Source of the DNA: Octopus sinensis | Lineage: Eukaryota | Length of the DNA stretch: 64,000 bases | Assembly (NCBI RefSeq): GCF_006345805.1 | Contig: NC_043019.1 | Location: 14,507,360 to 14,571,359 of the forward strand | Direction: 5' to 3' | Part shown: one piece after another, positions 1 to 11,989 of the stretch | How the letters are laid out: each line of letters begins with the position of its first letter | Numbering within the stretch: position 1 is the stretch's first letter | Position numbers and translations under genes: made by a program | The notes under the pieces: model-generated | Told to the model about the DNA's origin: nothing | Seen by the model: only the letters and a program-made list of their open reading frames with translations | The model's database searches: none

Positions 1-2
1 CA

Positions 3-641
3 AATCGAATCTATTTTCACGCCTTGAAACGGAATCCTCGCTACAAAGAACAACTGCATTGGGCATCAAATATGTCATATGGAAATTTATTTGCTAAAAT
101 GATGAATTTATTGTTTCGCTTCAGCAATGATTTACAGGAAAAATTTGACAAATTCTTTGAAGTCAATATCCCCAAGCCAGATATACATCTGGTGTGTGCT
201 CAGATTCGAATGGGACAGAACCCTAGTGTTCCAAGAGATCCCCCAAGGAATTCAATGTCAAGTATTCAGATTGTTTGGAACTGGTTAAATAAGTACAACA
301 CAAGCAAGTACAAAATATTTGTGACAACAGACTCAGAAGAGGTACAGGCGATAGCTTTAAAAAAATTTTCTCCTCAAATTGTGTACACACCAGGGGGAAT
401 AATACATATGGATCGGCCACGTAAGGAGATGAAAAACAAGTGTGATGGTGTAAGGAAATCGTTTTTGGACCAATATATTCTGAGTGAATGTGATACGTTG
501 ATAATAAGCCGAAGTGGTTTTGGTGAAAATGCTATAATGATGAGACAAAGAAAAAACAACCTGTTTTATTTTAGAGAAGGAGTAATAAAACGAATCAACA
601 AAGAAAAATTTTCTCTCAGGTGGTACAAATATTGGACGTGA
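3..641 (+). CDS. C-terminal part (5'-truncated by the window) of a GT-B fold fucosyltransferase-superfamily protein (alpha-1,2/alpha-1,6/O-fucosyltransferase-like)
   Basis: Frame is open from base 3 (NRIYFHALKRNPRY...) to TGA at 639-641. The three motifs shared by FUT1/2, FUT8/NodZ and POFUT occur in order: I LVCAQIRMG, II KIFVTTDSEEV, III LDQYILSECDTLIISRSGFG. AATAAA follows at 744. Confidence 0.75.
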   Translation, partial: NRIYFHALKRNPRYKEQLHWASNMSYGNLFAKMMNLLFRFSNDLQEKFDKFFEVNIPKPDIHLVCAQIRMGQNPSVPRDPPRNSMSSIQIVWNWLNKYNTSKYKIFVTTDSEEVQAIALKKFSPQIVYTPGGIIHMDRPRKEMKNKCDGVRKSFLDQYILSECDTLIISRSGFGENAIMMRQRKNNLFYFREGVIKRINKEKFSLRWYKYWT

Positions 642-743
642 GATAAAATTATTTTGACACCCAGAATCTGAAAGTGACATCCATGTATCATCATCATGTC
701 AAGATCTTAAGATACTGGATGCATAGAATTTCATTGGTCTTTC

Positions 744-749
744 AATAAA
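744..749 (+). promoter_or_regulatory. Candidate polyadenylation signal AATAAA of the fucosyltransferase-like gene
   Basis: AATAAA about 100 nt after the stop codon. Confidence 0.4.
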
Positions 750-964
750 ACAGCTTATGAGGAATAAGGTATAACATACAAACATACATAGCAATGGATT
801 TTCCTTCAAAACCAGAATGTTTTCTTGAAATTCTACTGAAGAACTATTAAAAATCTTCAAATTTCTATAGGCAACTTATATCATTGTTTTATGCCTAATT
901 TCCCATGAATATCTGTTTGGATACTTTTCCTGAATGATGAACCTCAGGAAGATGACGAACCAAG

Positions 965-1620
965 TTCTAGTATGGGTCCACCATCGTATACAAGACTCAT
1001 TTGCCTTGATACCTTTATTCCATTGATTTTATGTCCTGATGGAAATGTTCTCCATGCTAGTCACTTGTGTCACCAAGATCTTTAGGGAATTCATCATGGT
1101 GGCTGTGGGCATTGTGCAGCTTTATGCTTATATTTGCTGTCAAGTTTTGAAAGTTCTCCAGCCATGTTGTCAACTATTTCAGCATAACTGGTTGCTTTCT
1201 TCTTTCCCAGAAAGTTATTTACAACTATTACAAATAAGTTCCATGTTTCATGTTCTCATCTTTCATAGATTTTCTGATTTGAGGCTCATCAAATACTCCA
1301 GCATTTATCTTTTTGCTGCTCAGACTGGGAAACATGCTGCAAATATGGTGAAAAAATGGTTTGTCTTTATCCAGAACTTCAACAATCTGCTTCATAATAC
1401 CAAATGGATTTGAGGAAGATATTTTTTTTTAAGCAGTTGAAATAAAGGCTCTTCAGCTACATTAAAAGACCCTGGAAGTAATGTTTGTTGTGGCCAATCT
1501 TTGATGATCCAATGTTTTTCCTTGGCTCTTAATTTCTGACAGCATTTCCACAAACAGACAATGCATTTTTCTGAAAAATGAGGAAAATGGCAAAGATTGT
1601 GGTGTTTGGGTATCTTGAAA
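965..1620 (-). mobile_element. Degenerate DDE transposase fossil, probably Chapaev3/CMC-type
   Basis: Frameshifted minus-strand translation gives ...KHWIIKDWPQQTLLPGSFNVAEEPL...GIMKQIVEVLDKDKPFFHHICSMFPSLSSKKINAGVFDEPQIRKSMKDE...NNFLGKKKATSYAEIVDNM...ISIKLHNAHSHHDEFPKDLGDTSD*HGEHFHQDIKSME*RYQGK*. This matches the 'NLGAVSDEHGERFHQDI' transposase family. The superfamily name is from recall. Confidence 0.65.
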
Positions 1621-2664
1621 TCTAAACATAATAAAAATTACATTCCATTTAAGGATTCACCATTTCAAAAAGCCTTCAAACCAAGTAAAAATGTCCTGAC
1701 AATAAAATACCTGCTGGGTTGTTTAATTAAAATTGTTAAATGATTTCAAATGTTTGTCTTGCTCACCTTCATCACAAGGTATTGATTGCCCTGGGATTCA
1801 GTGGAAAATAACTGCTCAAGGTACCATTCACTAGGATTGAACCCAAACCCATATGACTGAGAAGTGATCTCCTTAACTACACGACCATGTTTAAGAGTAT
1901 TTAGTTCCAATTTTTTTATATTCTTTGCTCAAATTCTACAAATTCCGACATTGCTTCTTATCCCCACTGTATTATTTAAATAAATACTTAAATAAAGAGG
2001 TTGATTAAAATGGCTGTTACTCCTGGCCCTGTAAATATTAGACGAGCCAGTAGATATCATTGTAGGCTAATAAGTTAGTAGGAAATGGCCGGAAGGCCAA
2101 ACATTTCAGCAGTTAACCATTCAAGTTTTTCAAATGTCAGATTTCCCTGACCTCAGTTCAAGATGCATTTACATGGTATTCTTCTCAACTTTTAATTTTA
2201 ATCCTCATTATTATTTTGTCAGTCTTGTATTAATACATTGAGACATCAAATCCTAAGTTGTTGCTTGATTAACCTTTACTATACTGCATTTTCTTTAAAA
2301 TTGTCTCCCCTGCCACTGCCCTGTTACTACAGGGGAGAAAACTCATAATGGTGGCATGATGCACCTACAGTGTGCTAAATATTAACAGTTGAACCTATTA
2401 AATATTTTTACTTATTTCCTTTCCTTTTTATCTCCTGTGGTTTTAAATAAAGGTTACATGAACTTTATGTTTTCTTGTCTCCCTTTATGCTTTTCCCCAC
2501 TTTAATTCTATCTCTCTCCAACTCTCAATTATTCATTATCCTCCTCTCTCATTATTGCGCATTTACTTTATTTTGATCTCTTTGCTTTTTCTCTCTCTCT
2601 TTCATTTTCTCTCACTCTCTCTTTCGCTAAGCATATAAATGTACATATGCATGCATTGCATATT

Positions 2665-2721
<57 letters not shown>

Positions 2722-2722
2722 T

Positions 2723-3073
2723 ACGGAGATGTACTCGCATAGCAAGTAATTTGATCTGAGATCGTGTGCCGAAACGAAAACAATTGCAGCGTGGAAGGTG
2801 TTTATAAGCCATTTAAGAAACACACAAAAGCCGTTCGATTCACTTCAACATTTAAGTTTAATTTGTCAAAATATTTTCGTCGATAAAATCCGCGACCTGT
2901 TCACTGACAAAAGTCCGTGCTGCATCCCGTGCACGGATTTTTGTCAGTGAACAGGTCGCGGATTTTAGCGATGAAAATATTTTGACAAATTAAACTTAAA
3001 TGTTGAAGTGAATCGAACGGCTTTTGTGTGTTTCTTAAATGGCTTATAAACACCTTCCACGCTGCAGTTGTTT
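2723..3073. mobile_element. Penelope-like fold-back element: ~143-bp inverted arms (2778-2920 / 2931-3073) inside a (TA)n tract
   Basis: Arms are near-perfect reverse complements around a 10-nt spacer, with (TA)n on both flanks. Each arm holds a hammerhead-like fold. A related copy lies at 26034-26701. Confidence 0.7.
2940..2989 (+). ncRNA. Putative minimal type I hammerhead ribozyme with G3-C8 core variant (mirror copy on the minus strand at 2862-2911)
   Basis: tttgtca-GTGAACA-g-gtcgc-ggatttta-gcgat-GAAA-atat-TT-tgacaaa: 7-bp helix I, 5-bp helix II, GAAA and palindromic helix III AATATT. Confidence 0.55.
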
Positions 3074-3199
3074 ATATATATATATATTCATATCTAAACA
3101 TATTTATCTACCTAGACACAGTATACATGTGTTTATGTATGAAAAATAACAGCACACTTAGCTTTTTTTACACTAGCTTTTATCACATCAAGGAGGTTT

Positions 3200-5000
3200 A
3201 GTGATATCTTTTTCCCTCCCATTTATCAGATATTTAATAACAATCTCCTGTTACTGGATAGTGAAGGCATATCCTTCTTGGTGGGATGTAATATATTTAT
3301 CGCAGGTCCAGGAGAGGCTGCTTTTCCTCTCAATGCTGTTGTGGTCCTTTAGCCTACAGGGTGTGTACCCATGCATTGCTTCTTGCTGGTATGATACCTG
3401 CTTCCCCTCTAAGTTTCTGTTTAGGTAGGCCAGTCCAGCCTTCTTTGGATTGCATGAGACAGTTATATTCTCAGAGTAATGGCACCGTAGTTCTTCTCCA
3501 ACTTTCAAGATGTTGTTGCTCTCACTTTTGAGTATGCATGAAATATATTTCTTTCTTATCTTTTCAGCAGACGTCTGAGTAATACATTCAAAGGCTGTTT
3601 TCATTGACCTTATGTCTCTACCACCATCAATTCATCTCACATAAATCCTATCAGTATCACAGTTTATGTGGAAGTTGCAAGTGGTGGTCAGCACCTTTCT
3701 GGTTTTGATGCCCTGGCAGCATATAGCATCAAGTGTCCTGTCCAATATCTCAAATATTGGCACAAGCACTGGTACTGCAAAAGCATTGTGATATATGGTT
3801 TTGTTAAATACAGACAGTTCTGGGTTCCATATCTTCCAGGGTCTACAGAAGTATTCTTTTATTATTATGACTTTAGTTACAGCACCAATGTATGCAACAT
3901 CATCATCGTTTAACGCCTGCTTTCCATGCTAGCATGGGTTGGACGATTTTGACTGAGGGCTGGCGAACCAGGCTTCAATCTTGATTTGGCAGAGTTTCTA
4001 CAGCTGGATGCCCTTCCTAACGCCAACCACTCTGCTGTATCCTGTGTTATAAACCCCATTAGAGGGGTTAAATAATATTGTAAGATGTTTAAATTTTGGA
4101 AATCGTTTTTATTTAGTACCTAGTAGTTATGTTATTTTCATTAAAATCGGAGGTATTTGAAATTTCACAGGGGGTGTTTGCCTCTTTTTAAGCCCCCTAA
4201 TCGCAATGGAAAGTAAATTTTATGTAGCACGAGAACACATACTTTGTTTTTATGTATCTTCTATTTCCTTTCATCCTATAAATGTACAGACACACAGACG
4301 TTTAGCTTTATTTTATTTAAATGAGTGGGTGCTTTTTACGTGCCACCGGCATGGGTGCTAGTCAGGCGATACTGGCAATGACTTCGCTATTCCAATGTAC
4401 TTGTAGCTTTGCTCATTAGAATTAGGGGGGACAGACAAACCATTGATGTACATGTTCTCTGCCTGGTCAACAATTTTTTCCTTGATTGGCTATCATGTAC
4501 AAGCATTTACCTTGCACAAACTCCATTCTTACATCCTGTGAGAATGTTGCAATTAATTTTGTCTCTTGGATGTTGGTCATATCATCAGAATGTAACTTTA
4601 GGTCATCAACAAACTTTATTCTTAACTCTATTCTTTTCCACATATTCCGGCATGTAGCCTTGGCATTTTGTTAACAGGGCTGACAAGGGATTCCCTGCCA
4701 GTATAAACAGCATTGCAATAAACTATCACCCTGGAAAATACCTGTTGATATCTTAATTCTGATTTTAACTATAGGTATTGCTTTAGCAGTTGTCAGTGAT
4801 AACTGTGTGGACCATGTTGCGGTCAGTCTTTCAATGATATTCACTATAGCAGCTGATACTTTGGCAAGGTGTAGTGATTCTATCATTCATGAGTAGGGAA
4901 CAAAGTGGAACCCCTTCTCGTATTCTAGTCATATTGTTAGGAGATTACGGCGAAGTTGCTTGGCTTTCTTAAGGAGCTGTTCAGCACAAACCCAGACTCC
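3200..5000 (-). mobile_element. Degenerate Dong/R4-like non-LTR retrotransposon RT fragment, interrupted by insertions at about 3898-4390
   Basis: Minus-strand peptides KISTGIFQGDSL (RT motif) and NFHINCDTDRIYVR*IDGGRDIRSMKTAFEC (R4/Dong 'DRLYxxRxxGGRG' motif); many stops and frameshifts. Confidence 0.6.
3898..4390 (-). mobile_element. RTE 3'UTR-derived repeat split by an unrelated ~290-bp insertion (about 4032-4322, possibly Helitron-like)
   Basis: catcatcatcgtttaacg...ggatgcccttcctaacgccaaccactc stops near 4031 and resumes near 4323 with gagtgggtgctttttacgtgccaccggca. Confidence 0.6.
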
Positions 5001-5119
5001 CTTTTTTCCTACCTGCCTGTTCATTGGTTATCACTCCATTTGTATGGCAGTGATCTTGGAGAAACATATTTACAAATGTTTCAGCCTTTGCATGAAACCG
5101 AACTTCTAGGGGTCAGATT

Positions 5120-5378
5120 ACTCTTTACTCTCTTTTTACTCTTTTACTTGTTTCAGTCATTTGACTGTGGCCATGCTGGAGCACAAACACAGACACACAT
5201 ACATACATATATACGACGAGCTTCTTTCAGTTTCCGTCTACCTAATCCACTCACAAGGCTTTGGTCAGCCCGAGGCTATAGCAGAAGACACTTGCCCAAG
5301 GTGCCACGCAGTGGGACTGAACCTGGAACCATGTGGTTGGTAAGCAAGCTACTTACCACACAGCCACTCCTGCACCTA
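5120..5378 (-). mobile_element. tRNA-derived SINE family A, internally deleted copy
   Basis: Reverse complement of head ggagtggctgtgtggtaagtagcttgc...ggttcagtcccac and tail gactgaaacaagtaaaagag. Confidence 0.8.
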
Positions 5379-6714
5379 TATTATGGCAGTGAGCTTATCT
5401 GCAATCCTCCACTGTTTCCTCACTTTCAACTACACCCCCACTCCAATGATTCAATTTTCTCCCATCTTGAGCATGCTACCTTTCATTTTACCCTCTCAAT
5501 AGCCCTCCTTCAAATCTCGTCTCCTTGCTCACTCCATCTTGAATTTTAACCATCTCCACCTCTCTTGAGACTCACAAATATCACCCCCCCCCTCTGTGTC
5601 ACTTCTGCAGCTTTCACTGCTCCCTGCTGCAACTCCTCTCTTCTACTCCCTTATTTCCCCCACACACACGCACATTTCACACTCGTCCTTCCTGCACCCA
5701 TCACTAACTGCTCATATCCACCTCTATGAACCTCTCCATGCCACTCACAGCTGTCCACTGTCCCACCCCCCACCAAAGATAAGCATTCCCTTCTTGGCAG
5801 AGAGGGTCTGCATTTCATGACACTAAAACTCACCTGTGATAATTTGAGATCAAACTGTTTTGTTCTGCCATTTTTTTAATGGCATCAAACACATTTAAAA
5901 GCACCCAACACATTTTGTAATGTGGTTGGCATGTTAGGAAGGGCATCAAGCTGTAGAAACCATGTCAAAACAGACAATTGGAGCCTGGAGCAGCTCTCTG
6001 GCTTAACAGCTCCTGTCAAATCATCCAATGCCACTATGAAAAACAGATGTTAAATGATGATGATGAATCTTGATTACTTCACAGATTTGGACAGTCCGGC
6101 CCTGGTCAGTTCAGTACCCTGGATATGTGCAAGGTTTGATACCTTGCACTGGGCTACTTTAACTTATAGCAGAACTCTTAACGCCAAGAGATACAAAATT
6201 CTGGATCGGTGAAATTAATTCCAGGATATATTTTCCTGTTTATGTTGGTTTGTAGCCATTTTTTTCATTCGTGTTCAGTTTCAATGTCCTGTTATAGCTG
6301 TGGGGTTAAGAAATTCACTTCCTAAACCCATGGTCTTGAGTTCCACCACACTTCGTGGAAACAGTAGACAAATATCTTCTACTATAGCTCAAAACCGATC
6401 AAAGTCTTGTGAGTGGATTTGGTAGGTGGAAACTGAAAGAAGCTTGTCATGTGTGTGTGTGTGTGTGAGCATATGTCTTACATTTGTGGCACTTTGTCTT
6501 CATATCAGGCAATAGTTTGAGCATTGTTCCTTTCCAATATTCTGTGTTGTTTCTCTGTGTTCGGCCATAAATATTACCTTGGTTGGAAACAAGGCTTTGT
6601 GACAGGGAAGGCATCCAGTCATAGAAAGTCTACCTTGGTAAACTGTCTCATGCATGCAAGCATGGGAAAAGTGGACATTAAAGTTCTGCCAAACCACTGC
6701 TGTGCATTTTAACT

Positions 6715-7052
6715 TTTATTCATTTCAGTCATTTGACTGTGGCCATGCTGGAGCACTATCTTGAAGAATTTTAGTCGAATGAATTGACCCAAGTGCTTTT
6801 TTTTTTTTTTTGAAACCTGGTACTTATTGTATTGGTCTCTTTTGCTGAACTGCTAAGTTATAGAGACGAACACTAACATCAGTTTGTGAAGCAGTGGATG
6901 GGGACAAAAACTGATACAAAGACAAAACACACACATGACAGGCTTCCCTTAGTTTCTACCTACCAAATTCACTCACAAGGCTTAGCTAGCCTGAGTCTAT
7001 GGTAGAAGACACTTGCCCAACGTGCCACGTTGTGGGACTGAACCTGGAACTG
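6715..7052 (-). mobile_element. SINE family A, diverged copy
   Basis: tttcagtcatttgactgtggccatgctggagcac...gaagacacttgcccaa...gggactgaacc. Confidence 0.7.
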
Positions 7053-7780
7053 TGGCGTTGTGAAAATTTGTACAGCTGTTTCAATGGGATAGCTGTATAA
7101 TTTAAAAGCTTGTTTCTTATGTCACTGTTGTTCAGTCTCTTTGCAAAAGAAAGATGTCTTACTGTAAAAGAATTCTCATTGATTAAATAAAAAACACTCT
7201 ATATTTTTGTTCTTAATATTATATTTAATCTTTTAATATTTATAAACAGAACAGTTTCAACATGATGGTGTGTCATCAGTACAAACTAATCAGAGGTACA
7301 TTAATCACATTACAGTCGTTAAAACTTCAAAAAGAAGGAAGTAGAAACAGAGAGAGACAGGTAACATTATTTGATAAAAATTAATATAGTTCATAGCTTG
7401 TTGTTTTGGATCAGATAAATTTTTAATTAACTTGATGATGATTCAGATTTAATTTTTGTTAATTTCAATACACCATTTTGCTAACATTGGTCAACAGGCC
7501 ATTCTGTATGCACATTTGAGTATGTATGTGTGTCTGCCTGTCTAGTGACAATTGGTTCAAACCAGAGACTTGAATAAAAGAATCCAGTTCTATTTTTGTA
7601 GCAGAGTAATATAAAGAGTCATTCAAGTCAAAGTTAGCTTTGCCATGGTAACTCTTTGGAAAATTAACTGGGGGAATAAGGTACATTTTGTATTGGTTAA
7701 TTGTAGAGATGAAACATTAGCAGGAGGGTTAAAAAAAAAACACCCTTTTACTTTTGTTTCAGTTTTTAGAATGAACATAA

Positions 7781-8192
7781 GGATCTTTTCGGTTTAAACG
7801 GCAGTTTTTTCTCGCGGTGTCATATGAAATTGTCACCCGTAATTATGACCCTAGAATCGATCTATTGCATTTCAATCTGTTTTAGGGTTAGGGGTGGGGG
7901 AAGGGTATTTTTTTTTTTCTTCAGAAATGCAAATAAATCCAATCTGTTTCTTAAACGAGGGACATATTCATACGGCACAGAATGCTTTTTAACTCAATAG
8001 ACATCACTGATTGGTTGAAATTGCAGAAATTGAAGAAAAAAAAACAACAAATATTTTACAAACTATAGAATTTTCTCAATAAAGCCAAGAGAAAAAGATG
8101 TTTATAAACACATTCTACCAGTATACGAAATTTAAAATTTTTTAGTTACCTAGAAATTATGTTAAAAACTACCGTTCAAACCAAAAAGATCC
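7781..8192. mobile_element. MITE with ~30-bp TIRs and 9-bp TSD (Mutator-like signature)
   Basis: TIRs ggatcttttcggtttaaacggcagttttt / aaaaactaccgttcaaaccaaaaagatcc; exact direct repeat TGAACATAA at 7772-7780 and 8193-8201. Confidence 0.8.
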
Positions 8193-8904
8193 TGAACATA
8201 ATTACTATTTCTGCAATTAGTATTCTGAAGAGCTGACATAGAGAAACAATTTGTCTTCAAAATTTTACTTGCTTAAATACATGTGTACAAGCTCACACAA
8301 ACCATTCAAACGAAAATATATGAACAAGAAGACAAAGCATAAATTGTTTTGTTTTGTTGTGTTTCCTTCTATTTCTTTTCAGTTTCAAAAAACATAGACA
8401 TTTTGATATAATATATTCCTTCTAGTTCACTATATTCTCATTAGGGTTCTGGAGTGGCAAATATGGATGGGGTGCCTTTCATTATTTAGTTACATCCTTC
8501 TGGACCCAGATCAAATCTTGCCAAAGCCAGCTTCGTCGTTTGTCCTCCTGGATCAAAAAATACATTAAGACCCCCACCCCACTGCACAATGCCTCCAAAA
8601 GTTAATGGCTTCATACCTTGGTTAAAAGTTTTAAAAAACATTACTATCAGCAATGGCCTCGTTCTTCTAATGCTGTGCTGAAGACTATTTTGAATTTGTT
8701 TATGCCACCACAACGTCGACGGCAATTAGTTGATTCCTCTTAATGATTAAACAGCTGTCAGACCTCATTAGATTTTAAAAATATATAAGTTAAATATAAG
8801 AAATAGATATTTAGAGTGAGAGATATCAGCTGCATTAATCAGACAAACAACACCTATATTTCAATTCTGTATTTCTAAGAAGAGAAATTAACAAATATTA
8901 TGTA

Positions 8905-9245
8905 TTTTATATTAGCCAGACTGGTCTCATCTTTATTTTATATCAGCCAGACTGGTCTCCTCATCTTTATTTTATATTAGCCAGACTGGTCTCCTTATCT
9001 TTATTTTATATTAGCCAGACTGGTCGCCTCTTCTTTATTTTATATTAGCCAGACTGGTCTCCTCATCTTTATTTTATATTAGCCAGACTGGTCTCCTTAT
9101 CTTTATTTTATATTAGCCAAACTGGTCTCCTCATCTTTATTTTATATTAGCCAGACTGGTCTCCTTATCTTTATTTTATATTAGCCAGACTGGTTTCCTC
9201 ATCTTTATTTTATATTAGCCAGACTGGTCTCCTCATCTTTATTGT
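8905..9245. repeat. 34-bp minisatellite, about 10 copies (tttattttatattagccagactggtctcctcatc)
   Basis: Direct tandem copies visible; contiguous with a degenerate hammerhead-like motif at 9252-9293. Confidence 0.9.
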
Positions 9246-9413
9246 TGTTTTCACTACATTTTGGCTCTGGTATGTTCCAGCATTCTCCAAGTGGCCTGCG
9301 AGGAAAGCAAAACACAGAGAAGGCAATAATCAAGATGAGGGCAACGATCCAACTACAATAAAATACGTAATACCAATATTGGTCTCCCCACCCACCCACC
9401 ACCACATTCTTAA

Positions 9414-9624
9414 CCCTTTTGTTACTAACCCGGCTCTGGCTCTGTGGTAAAATGTCTTGTTTTCATAAGTTTTGAATTAAAATATTCCACCAAGCCTTAG
9501 TCACAATTTATGTTCCTAACACTAGCTGAATAATAACTAAGTTATTTTACTAAATTCTTTGTTATATTTAAAATTAATTGAAAGAAACACAGAGCATCTC
9601 AACAGAAATAAGGTAACAAAAGGG
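9414..9624. mobile_element. piggyBac-type MITE (~210-220 bp)
   Basis: TTAA-CCCTTTTGTTAC...GTAACAAAAGGG-TTAA. Confidence 0.8.
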
Positions 9625-9648
9625 TTAAAGTCACCATGATATTTTTAA

Positions 9649-9869
9649 CCCTTTTGATACTAACCCAGCTGAAACCGCCTCTGGCTCTGTAGTACAAATG
9701 TCATGTTTCCAAAAGTTCTGAATTAAAATCTCCCACCAAACCTTAGTCACAATTTATGTTCCTAACACTAGCTGAATGGTAACTAAGTTATTTTACTATA
9801 TTCTTTGTTATATTTAAAGTAATTGAAAGAAACACAGAACATCTCAACAGAAATATGGTAACGAAAGGG
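9649..9869. mobile_element. piggyBac-type MITE, second adjacent copy
   Basis: TTAA-CCCTTTTGATAC...GTAACGAAAGGG-TTAA. Confidence 0.8.
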
Positions 9870-10314
9870 TTAATGTTATACTCTGCTCTTTCATCATCAT
9901 CATCATCATCAAAACTTAGCTAGCATTCACTCTTGACAATCTCAACTATATCATCCAGGACATTTAATCTCTAACCAGAGTTTTGTAGTTTAGTTTGTAT
10001 TTTTTCTTATGCTTTCTTGTTTTTTTTTTTGTTGTTTTGTTTTCTTGCTGGAATAGGAAAAAATGTATTTTATGTAAATAATGTCAAACTAAAATTTTAA
10101 ATTAAAACAAAAAACATTTGTAAGACAAGGCGTGTTTTATGTATAAAGGTATGTGTGTGTGTGTATATGTTTTGTCATACAATAACATACATGTGATCGA
10201 TACATATTTGTATAAGAAGTGTCGTAGTTAATGTACGAATTAGTCTAATACCCAGAATATACAAAAAAAAAGAAAGAAAGAAAGAATCTTTTGTTGTAGG
10301 TTATAGCTTTAAGA

Positions 10315-10843
10315 TACATACATTTCATTTATATATATATTTATATATATATATCTACATATACACATATATATACATCTACATATACACATATATATAC
10401 ATCTACATATACACATATATATATATACATCTATATATACATATATATATACATATATATACATACATATACATATATATATACATACATATACACACAT
10501 ATATACATATATATACATATATATACATATACACACATATATACATATATATACATATACACACATATATATACATATACACACACACACACATATACAC
10601 ACACATATATACATATACACACACATATATATATATATCATCATCATATATATATATATATATACTATATATATATATAATATATATATATATACACATA
10701 CATATATATATAGGGAGAGCTTACGTAAAAAACGAATGACGAAGACAGGTGGTGTACAAAACAAACAGATGTATTAGTATAACGCTCAGGAATAGAAAGT
10801 CCTTTACGTTTATATATATATATGTATATATACACACATATAC

Positions 10844-10886
<43 letters not shown>

Positions 10887-10913
10887 CATATATATACATA
10901 CATATATACATAC

Positions 10914-10986
<73 letters not shown>

Positions 10987-10995
10987 CATACATAT

Positions 10996-11036
<41 letters not shown>

Positions 11037-11525
11037 CATACATACATATATATATACATATATACATACATACAAACATATATATATATATATACCTACA
11101 TACAAACATATATATATATATATACCTACATATATATATACATACCTACATATATATATACATACCTACAAATATATATATATATACATACATACATATA
11201 TATATACATACCTACATATATATATATACATACCTACATATATATATATATATATTATATATACATACAATATATATAACATACCTACATATATATATAT
11301 ACATACCTACATATATATATATATTATATATATACATACATATATATATACATACCTACATATATATACAAACATATATACATAGATACATACATAAACA
11401 TACATACATACATAAACATACATATATACATACATACATACATAAACATACATACATACATACAAACATATATATATATACATACATACATACATAAACA
11501 TACATATATACATATATATATATAG

Positions 11526-11558
<33 letters not shown>

Positions 11559-11660
11559 ATACATACATACATACATAAATATATATATATATTATATATA
11601 TATTATATATATATATATACATACATACATAAATATATATACATACATATATGTGTGTGA
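10315..11660. repeat. Large compound (TA)n/(TACA)n microsatellite with a ~100-bp Penelope-like fragment embedded at 10712-10810
   Basis: Nearly pure TA/CA sequence; the insert is the reverse complement of the repeat that follows the hammerhead-like motif at 50044-50150. Confidence 0.9.
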
Positions 11661-11989
11661 TTGACCAAACCCTTAGATGATGTTGCTCTGCATCATTCTA
11701 GCTTTCAAATGATGCCGCCCTTCCGGCTAGGTGAGCAGGCCAACATTCCCTCCTCGTCAGAAGACTAATCTATCACAGGATGATCCACTTACAGCTGAGT
11801 GGACTGGAGTAACATGAAATGAAGTGTTTTGCTCAAAAGCACAATGCACCACTCAGTCTGGAAACTGAAACTACAACCTAGACCTCATGAGTGCAGCACC
11901 TTAACCACAAGGCCAGGTGCCCTCACACACACATAAAAAAGAAATTAAACACACATGTGTAATATACTGAATAAGTATCAATGTGTGTA

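Noticed and set aside
1039-1413. 124-aa plus-strand ORF
   Set aside because: Antisense shadow of the dead transposase on the minus strand.
10309-11622. Many Y/I/M/C/V-rich ORFs (also at 2.6, 36.6-37.2 and 58.5 kb)
   Set aside because: Translations of (TA)n/(CA)n microsatellites.
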